Positions 29,091 to 37,526 of a DNA stretch of 64,000 nucleotides are shown piece by piece (the first letter of the stretch is position 1; each line of letters begins with the position of its first letter). Source of the stretch: Thermotogota bacterium (GTDB lineage: Bacteria > Thermotogota > Thermotogae > Petrotogales > Kosmotogaceae). The DNA lies in assembly GCA_034660555.1 (NCBI GenBank), contig JAYEJL010000165.1, forward strand, positions 42,109 to 106,108, given 5' to 3'. The translations under genes and the position numbers were made by a program. The notes beneath the pieces were generated by a model, which worked only from the letters and a program-made list of their open reading frames with translations, was not told the DNA's origin and did no database searches.

Positions 29091-30594
29091 GTTTTATCGC
29101 CCCTTAACGGATTTTTTATGGCAAAACGTGCATCTTTAGCAATTTTTGTTATTCCAAATATGATAACCAAGAATTCTAATCTACCCAAAAACATACCAGC
29201 GGTTTCTGTCCAGATAAGACCTAGGGGAGCATCCAGCCTGATGATTCCAACTGAAAGACCAACAGTACCTAAGGCAGAAGCAAACTCAAAGGAAGCGTCA
29301 GCAAGTGAATGCCCATATGACGCAACTATTCCTGTTCCTATACCAAAGGTTACAAAATAAAGAGTAAAAATTACCAATATTTCTCTTATCAGTGATGGCC
29401 TTATATATTGCCTTTTTTCGCCTTTCCAGATCTCGGTTTGCACAATTGCATTACGGGGTAAAAAGAAACCTTTGATCTCTGAAAAAATGACCTTAATTAA
29501 AGCAAATAATCTGAATTGCTTTAAACCACCGGAAGTAGAGTCCATATCTCCTCCAAAAATCATGAGAAGCGTGAGTAAATATAAACCGGTGTGAAATCCA
29601 TTTGAACACCACCATGAAACAACTACCGTATTGAAACCCGTACCTGTGAGAGCCGATATTCCCTGAAATAAAGCGTGTCTAAAAGCTTCACCAATTCCCG
29701 AAAATATCATTGCAAAGGTTGTCACCAAAAGCAATGGCGTAAAAATGACTAAGATAATCCCCATAAGCTTTGGTTCTCCATTCTTCCAGAATGCTTTGAA
29801 ATTACCCTTCCATAAGTGTAGTATATACCAAAACCTGTTGTTCCAAGGAACATCAAAATGATTGTAACGATCTCTATAGGTATACTATTAAATCCGCCTA
29901 TTGAACTTGAATGAGTAGAAAAACCTCCCGTAGCAAGAGCAGTAAGTGAATGATTAAATGCATCAAAGCTGTTCATTCCTACTACTAAATAAGCAATAAA
30001 GCCCGCAATAGCATAGCTAAAATAAATAACAAGAATTCTACGAACTGAACTTCTCACATTGGGTACAAGATTATCTATTCTTCCCTCAGCGTGATATAAA
30101 CCAAATCCCCCCGGACCCGCTATAGCTGACATCATTATTATTGCAAAACCTGCACCACCCGTGAACTGAAGGATACTCCTCCATACAAGATATATTTTTG
30201 GTATTGTATCCTCATTGACCATTGTTAACCCCGTCGTAGTCCACCCCCTTGTCGATTCAAATATCGATTGAGAAAAGTTCAGAATATCACCCAGATAGAA
30301 GGGTAAAGAAGAAAAAAAGATCCCGAAGGTCCATACAAGAACAACAATTATGGCACCTTCCTGAATGGTTAATGGGGTACCAGGTTTAACCTTATATGTT
30401 ATCCCAAATGCAAGTCCAAATATCATAACTATTATGGCTGTATAAATAAAAGGTAGCATGTCGGAAAGCTGGCTTTCCGGATACCAGAAGAAAAAAAGCA
30501 ACGGTAATGATATAACGATAGGGAAATAAGTAAAAAGTCTGCCAATGTAACCAAAAATAACTTTATAGCGTTCCTTCATTGTTAAGAGATACAT
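29087..30594 (-). pseudogene. trkH: TrkH/KtrB-family K+ transporter membrane subunit, split by a frameshift into 281-aa and 225-aa ORFs
   Basis: ORFs 29749-30594 and 29087-29764 overlap and together total ~500 aa of TrkH-like sequence (GWTTTG, GGAGF, TGGFS, TGTGF pore-loop motifs). The downstream frame stays open and TrkH-like (..WKGNFKAFWKNGEPKLMGIILV..) up to ~29815, so the shift lies at ~29800-29825. Confidence 0.8.
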
Positions 30595-31257
30595 TTAAAC
30601 CTCTCCAAGCAAAACGGTGAAAACAGCTGATTGTACCGAGGGATCACTTAACACAATTAACGCGTCATCAGCTTCTATTGTCGTTTCACCACCTGGTATT
30701 ATTACTTCGTCACTTCGAATGATGGCCCCTATTACGCTGTCTTTTGGTAATTCAAGATCCTTCAATGTTTTCGAAACTGCAGGTGAATCTTCATCCATTT
30801 CAACTCTGAACATTGAAAGTCGTTCAGAGTTTGGAATCAAGTTGGTTATTTGTTCCCTAAAAAGGCTATCTTCAATAGCTCTTGAAAGTATCTCCGTGGG
30901 ACTGACAACAGCAGAAACCCCTATTTTTCTAAATACTTTTATGTTGTCAGGGTCGTTTACAAGTGCTATTGGACGATTTAATTTAAAGACTTTTTTCGCC
31001 AGCATACATGCAATCAGGTTATTCTGATCATTCGGTGTTAGCGCTACAAATAAATCATCAACATTTAATTCAAGCTGTTCCAGGACATGTCTTTTACTAC
31101 CATCACCATTTATTATTGTGGCTTTTTTTAATCGTTTCGCGAGAACTTCACAAAACTCTTCATCTTTATCCACAATGGTTATTTGGTGCCCCTTATCCTG
31201 TAATCTGCGTGATAGATGATATGCCACTTCTGTACCAGCAATCAATACAATTCTCAT
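30595..31257 (-). CDS. trkA: TrkA/KtrA-type RCK protein (TrkA-N + TrkA-C domains)
   Basis: 220 aa with a Rossmann-like N-domain and a TrkA-C domain (SMFRVEMDEDSPAVSKTLKDLELPKDSVIGAIIR...). The dinucleotide-binding glycine motif is degenerate (LIAGTEVAY). Confidence 0.85.
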   Translation of the reverse strand: MRIVLIAGTEVAYHLSRRLQDKGHQITIVDKDEEFCEVLAKRLKKATIINGDGSKRHVLEQLELNVDDLFVALTPNDQNNLIACMLAKKVFKLNRPIALVNDPDNIKVFRKIGVSAVVSPTEILSRAIEDSLFREQITNLIPNSERLSMFRVEMDEDSPAVSKTLKDLELPKDSVIGAIIRSDEVIIPGGETTIEADDALIVLSDPSVQSAVFTVLLGEV

Positions 31258-31706
31258 TCTTCATCACGCTCATTGAATCCTAATCTCTCTTCAATATTTT
31301 TAACTGCCAGCATTGTCTGACAGATTATTTCAGTACCAAATTCAGACAATAGCTCACTATTGTTAGGATCTGTAACTCTTGCAAGCACACAGGGCACATT
31401 ATAATACTCTTTTGCCACCATTCCAATCATAACGTTCGTATTATCATCAGAAGTAAGAACTAGTACAAAGTCAGCCATATCAACCTTGGCTGAACGAAAT
31501 GTTTCCAATTCTGTGGCATCTCCTGTTATTGTAAATCCTGTAAATTAATAAAGCAGAGATTGAAAAGCGACTTCTTCTCTATCAACTACAACTACACTAT
31601 TGCCAGTTCCTGATAGCCAGTTGGCTATTCTAGAACCCAATCTGCCACACCCAAAAATTACAACATAATATCCCTTTTTCTTACTGGAGCCTCTTAAAAT
31701 AGGCAT
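31254..31706 (-). pseudogene. TrkA-N (RCK Rossmann) domain gene interrupted by an in-frame TAA
   Basis: My translation from the ATG at 31706 reads MPILRGSSKKKGYYVVIFGCGRLGSRIANWLSGTGNSVVVVDREEVAFQSLLY*FTGFTITGDATELETFRSAKVDMADF..., and continues into track ORF 31254-31508. The TAA occupies 31545-31547. A canonical GCGRLG motif is present. Confidence 0.7.
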
Positions 31707-31717
31707 ATTATTCTCTC

Positions 31718-32329
31718 CTAATTATTATCTTTTTCTTCTTTTTCCTCAAGAAGTTCTCTTGCTTCCTTGAAATTTGCATCCAGTGCGAGTGCTGCTTTAA
31801 GATACTTTATCTTCTTATCCTCACCTGAAACAAGAGCAAACAAATAATGAGGATAAGGACTGTCTGGAAAATCCTTTATTAACCTTCTGATCTCCTTGGT
31901 AGCCTTGCTTATTTTTTCACCTTTTATCAATCTTTCAATCTGTCTGACTCTTTTTTGGAGTCCTTCTTCAGCTCTTACACAATTTTCAAAGGCTTCGGTT
32001 AATTCTTGTGGCGCGAAAGGTTTGGTGATAAAATCACAAACCCCCATAATAAAAGCTTTTCTGATTATATCTGGCTTATCTAGTTCTGTAACTACAACAA
32101 TTGGAAAAGAGCAACCCAATTCTTCAAGCTTTTCAATGAAGCCGAAACCATTCATCTTGGGCATTTTCAGATCTAAAAACATCAGTTCCGGTCGATCACC
32201 TTTCTTTATGCTATCAAGTGCTTCTTCAGATGTTGCGAATGTATATGCGTCATGCCCTTCTTTTGAAATAATATTTTTAATAAGCCTTCTTACATTTATC
32301 TGGGCATCTACTATAAAAATGTTAGCCAT
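31718..32329 (-). CDS. stand-alone response regulator (REC domain with a short helical/TPR-like C-terminus, no DNA-binding domain)
   Basis: 203 aa. REC landmarks: acceptor Asp in LMFLDLKMPKMNG, VVVTE and ITKPF. Confidence 0.8.
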   Translation of the reverse strand: MANIFIVDAQINVRRLIKNIISKEGHDAYTFATSEEALDSIKKGDRPELMFLDLKMPKMNGFGFIEKLEELGCSFPIVVVTELDKPDIIRKAFIMGVCDFITKPFAPQELTEAFENCVRAEEGLQKRVRQIERLIKGEKISKATKEIRRLIKDFPDSPYPHYLFALVSGEDKKIKYLKAALALDANFKEARELLEEKEEKDNN

Positions 32330-32374
32330 AGGGCTATCCTCCCAATTGCATTCAGATCAAGTAATTATAGTTTT

Positions 32375-32758
32375 TTAGGTGAATTGTTTTCTTATTCGCA
32401 AATGTATGACCAAAGTTATCACACTGCCAATTATAACTGAAAGATTGAATGAATCAACAGAAAAATGAAAATCCTGTTCTAAATAACCAGATAACAAGCT
32501 TCCAAGAAGTATCAAAAAATTGAATAAGCCCAACAAAGAAGAAAACATGGTACCAATAAGAAGATGTGCTGCCCTTCTTTGTGGTTTTTCAAGACTTTCG
32601 CGAAGTCCAAAGAAGTAGATACCTGCACCTACACCAAGTACAAGTCCAAAGATTATATCCTGTTCAGCATAAATAAGTCCTGTCAATGTGTTTAAAGCCA
32701 TTAATGGATAAAGAATACTAAATATCCATAACCAACTGTTTATTACTTTTATGTTCAT
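32375..32758 (-). CDS. small 4-TM membrane protein (hypothetical; possibly related to the FeoB C-terminus)
   Basis: 127 aa. AGGGAG lies 9 nt before the ATG. It is in the same reading frame as the feoB 3' end, 84 nt upstream. Confidence 0.45.
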   Translation of the reverse strand: MNIKVINSWLWIFSILYPLMALNTLTGLIYAEQDIIFGLVLGVGAGIYFFGLRESLEKPQRRAAHLLIGTMFSSLLGLFNFLILLGSLLSGYLEQDFHFSVDSFNLSVIIGSVITLVIHLRIRKQFT

Positions 32759-32842
32759 ACAAACAATCTCCCTGCAAGAGATATTAACAAAGCTACTATA
32801 TAAGTTAATGAGAAACTATAAACTACTGATAATACAAGATAT

Positions 32843-34708
32843 CTATTTTCCCGTTTCATTTTTCAAAACTATAAGCATTGGCAAACAAGGCACATAAAGC
32901 AGAACAAACATCAAAAAAGCCAGTGCGTTAAACTGAGTCAAACCGGATTTCATAAGTTCAGCAGCTGCTGAAACGCCAGCCTGTGCAGATAATGTTAAAG
33001 TAGAAAGAGTTGAAACAATTACTTCTTTTGCAGCAACACCAAAAATCAATGAAGTTACCATTTCCCATGTAAAACCTATTGGAGCAAATATTGGCTCCAA
33101 AAAATGCCCTATTTTTGCAGCAAAGCTTTCTGTAATATTTCCCGGTACAGGATAGTAAGACAAGAACCAGATCACTATCGAAGCTATTAAAATAATACTC
33201 CCAGCTTTTTTTTAGAAAATGTTTTCCTCTATTCCATGTATATTGAATCAGAGATGAAATTTTTGGGGTTCGATATCTTGGCAGTTCCATAATCATCGCA
33301 GGTTTGCCTTTAAACAACAGTTTATTTATAAATATTGATGAAACAGCAGTTATAAATATGCTGAACAGATAAATCGAAAAAATAACTATCCCCGCTCTGG
33401 CACTAAAAAAAACACCTGCAATCATTATGTAAACTGGTAATCGAGCGCTACAGCTTATAAAAGGGGATACTATAGCCGTAACAATTTTTTCCTGTGGCTC
33501 ACTTATCGATCTCGTAGACATTATTGATGTAACATTACATCCAAAACCAAGTAGTAAAGACATAAAGGAACGTCCACTCAACTTTAACGTGTACATGGCT
33601 TTATCAACAACAAATGCGGCTCTTGGGAGATAACCAGATTCCTCCAGGATACCCATTATCAGGAACAAAATGAAAATATTTGGAGCAAAAACAAGAACAG
33701 CTACAACGCCACCAACTATTCCTTCACTCAAAACATCAGCCAGCCACTTAATACTTATAAGTCCATCAATAAAAGAACCAAGAACGCCCAAACCTTCTTC
33801 TATCATTAACGCAAACGGCTCACCAAAAGTAAATGTAATTTCAAAAACAAGATACATAAAGGAAAAAAATATGGCCAGTCCAAGATACTTGTGTGTAAAT
33901 ACATGGTCCGTTGCCGTATTAATTCCCCACTTCTCTTTTCCTGGCTTTTTATAGGATTCTTTCAAAATATACTTGATGTGTTCATATCTCAGCTGTGAAA
34001 TTTCGCTTGAGAAGTTGCGCTTCAAATTGATACCTGTAAGCTTACAGATCTCTTCATCACCTTCCAGCACCTTAATAGATAACCACCGACTGTCATAATC
34101 CTTCAGTTCTTCCTTATTTCTAAAAATAGAAGAAAGTTCTGTTATCTTATTTTCTAATTCTTTGCTAAATATATGATGTACATGAGAACTGCCTATACTG
34201 TACTTAAATATACCTTTTACAAAATCTTTTACTCCCTCACCCGTATAGGCTGACATTAGGAAAACAGGAATGCCCAGGTGCTGCCGAAGTTCCTCTGGAT
34301 CAATGAAGATATTCTCTTTCTTGGCTTCATTTAATGAATTGATCGCGAGTATGACATCTCCTCGCATTTCAAGAACCTGAAATAATAGATAAAGGCTCCT
34401 CTCCAGTTTAACCGCATCGGCAATAACTACAACTATTTCAAGTTCTTCCTCAATAAGATAATCCCTGGTAATCTTTTCATCAAGGCTGTTTGCTCCCAAA
34501 GTATATGTGCCTGGTAAATCAACTACTTTAAAGGACCTGTTTTCTTTTTCCAGCTTACCAACGCGTTTCTCCACAGTTACCCCTGGCCAATTTGCAACGT
34601 ATTGCTTCATACCGGTCAACAGGTTAAACACACTTGTTTTACCTACATTAGGGTTACCAAGCAGAGCAATGGTTCCAGTATATATTTTAGTTTCTGATTG
34701 TACAGCAT
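32843..34708 (-). pseudogene. feoB: ferrous iron transporter FeoB, disrupted (no in-frame start; frameshift in an A8 run)
   Basis: G-domain motifs IALLGNPNVGKTSVFN and DLPGTYTL, and gate motif LLYVPCLPML. Track ORFs 32958-34631 and 32843-33175 are two frames of one gene. Removing one A from the A8 run (33206-33213) restores ..HFLKKAGSIILIASIVIWFLSYYP... Confidence 0.8.
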
Positions 34709-34712
34709 TTTT

Positions 34713-35177
34713 TTATTTTTTTCTTTCATAACTGCTTTCTCTCACAAAAATCTTTTTGTACTTTCCAAAGGGTAACCAAAATTTTCCTTTATTGGTTTCG
34801 ATAAATTTCCTATTTACATGGGACACCAGTACTCTTATCCTGCTTCCCGGGCTTATTCCCATCCTGTCGACATTTTCTCTAAATCGATAACCGCCACTTA
34901 AAAAATCAACAACATGTTCCCCTCTATGGGCAACCGAAAGATTTGTTATGTCACTCTCCACAGAAATTTCTGACGCCTGCGAATCACGAAGTGTTATTTC
35001 CGTACCTTTGATTCTGTAAACGGTAGGATCACCCAGCGGGGCTTTTCTTACAACTTCAACCTGCTCTCCAGGAACAAACCCAAGACCATACAGTCTTTCT
35101 GTAAACCTGTCAGGTAGATCTATTTTTATTATTTTCCCTTTTGCTCCTGCGGGAAGTTCAGATAAAGGACATATCAT
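34713..35177 (-). CDS. feoA: FeoA-family protein (tandem FeoA domains)
   Basis: 154 aa containing two SH3-like FeoA repeats (LSELPAGAKGKIIKI...GDPTVYRIKGTEITL and a second, weaker repeat). Lies directly upstream of feoB. Confidence 0.8.
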   Translation of the reverse strand: MICPLSELPAGAKGKIIKIDLPDRFTERLYGLGFVPGEQVEVVRKAPLGDPTVYRIKGTEITLRDSQASEISVESDITNLSVAHRGEHVVDFLSGGYRFRENVDRMGISPGSRIRVLVSHVNRKFIETNKGKFWLPFGKYKKIFVRESSYERKK

Positions 35178-35188
35178 AACATCACCTT

Positions 35189-35207
35189 ATTGAGATTTAT
35201 TCTCAAT
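35189..35207. promoter_or_regulatory. 19-bp dyad (7-5-7) abutting the feoA RBS; candidate Fur-type operator
   Basis: ATTGAGA-TTTAT-TCTCAAT with perfect 7-bp arms. On the minus strand it is followed immediately by AAGGTGA (RBS) and the feoA ATG (35177). Confidence 0.4.
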
Positions 35208-35247
35208 AATTTTATCACACTCTCTAATGGTTAAACAGTACATAAAC

Positions 35248-35277
35248 AAAAAAGGGGACTATAAAAGTCCCCTTTTT
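35248..35277 (-). terminator. rho-independent terminator of groESL (bidirectional shape)
   Basis: GGGGACT-ATAAA-AGTCCCC flanked by A6 and T5. Confidence 0.75.
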
Positions 35278-35301
35278 AACAAGTTGTCACCTTTTATTTA
35301 T

Positions 35302-36933
<1,632 letters not shown>

Positions 36934-36943
36934 CTACCTCCTT

Positions 36944-37213
36944 TCAGTCCTCAAGTTTTGCCAGAACATCGTCCTGATCAATAATAATATAATCTTCTTC
37001 ATCAATCTTCAGTTCAGTACCTGCGTACTTGGAAAAAATCACCTTGTCCTTTGGTTTTACATCAAGGTCTTCAACTTCTTTTCCAACCTCAAGTACCTCA
37101 GCTTTCATAGGTTTCTCTTTGGCTGTTTCGGGTATTACTATACCCCCTTCAGTCTTCTTCTCCTCTTGAATAGGCTTAATTAACAATCTCGATCCTAATG
37201 GAATGACTTTCAC
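36944..37213 (-). CDS. groS: co-chaperonin GroES
   Basis: 89 aa, MKVIPLGSRLLIKPIQEEKKTEGGIVIPETAKEKP..., lying 16 nt upstream of groEL. Confidence 0.95.
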   Translation of the reverse strand: MKVIPLGSRLLIKPIQEEKKTEGGIVIPETAKEKPMKAEVLEVGKEVEDLDVKPKDKVIFSKYAGTELKIDEEDYIIIDQDDVLAKLED

Positions 37214-37244
37214 GATGAAACCTCCTTTCGATATTCAAATTTTT

Positions 37245-37271
37245 TTAGCACTCTAACCTTAAGTCTGCTAA
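37245..37271. promoter_or_regulatory. CIRCE (HrcA operator) upstream of groES, with one degenerate arm
   Basis: TTAGCACTC-N9-GTCTGCTAA compared with the consensus TTAGCACTC-N9-GAGTGCTAA. The left arm matches 9/9 and the right arm 7/9. It lies 32 nt upstream of the groES start. Confidence 0.7.
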
Positions 37272-37276
37272 TTTAT

Positions 37277-37305
37277 ATAATAAAGCAAGATAATACATTC
37301 TTCAA
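37277..37305 (-). promoter_or_regulatory. candidate groESL promoter
   Basis: Minus strand: TTGAAG (37305-37300), a 17-nt spacer, then TATTAT (37282-37277). CIRCE starts 5 nt downstream, the same arrangement as in Bacillus-type groE promoters. Confidence 0.45.
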
Positions 37306-37526
37306 TAGGCAAATTTTACAATTAACAAAAACTTCAATTTAATATTAGTGAAGAAGAACGTTTATAATCATTTTACTAACCATTAGACCCTATAATTTTC
37401 GTTTACTCTCCTTTTCTAGTCTACTAGAAATTTAACCGGTAATTTTACAATTTAATTTTATGATTCTTTCTATTATCGTATAATTGTAACAACTTATATT
37501 AATCCTTTTAGAGAGGAGAATATACG

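Noticed and set aside
32843-33175. ORF 32843-33175 as an independent 110-aa gene
   Set aside because: Its frame stays open upstream to the A8 run. Its sequence is the contiguous FeoB C-terminal membrane region (..IVIWFLSYYP...LLYVPCLPML..). It is the 3' part of a frameshifted feoB.
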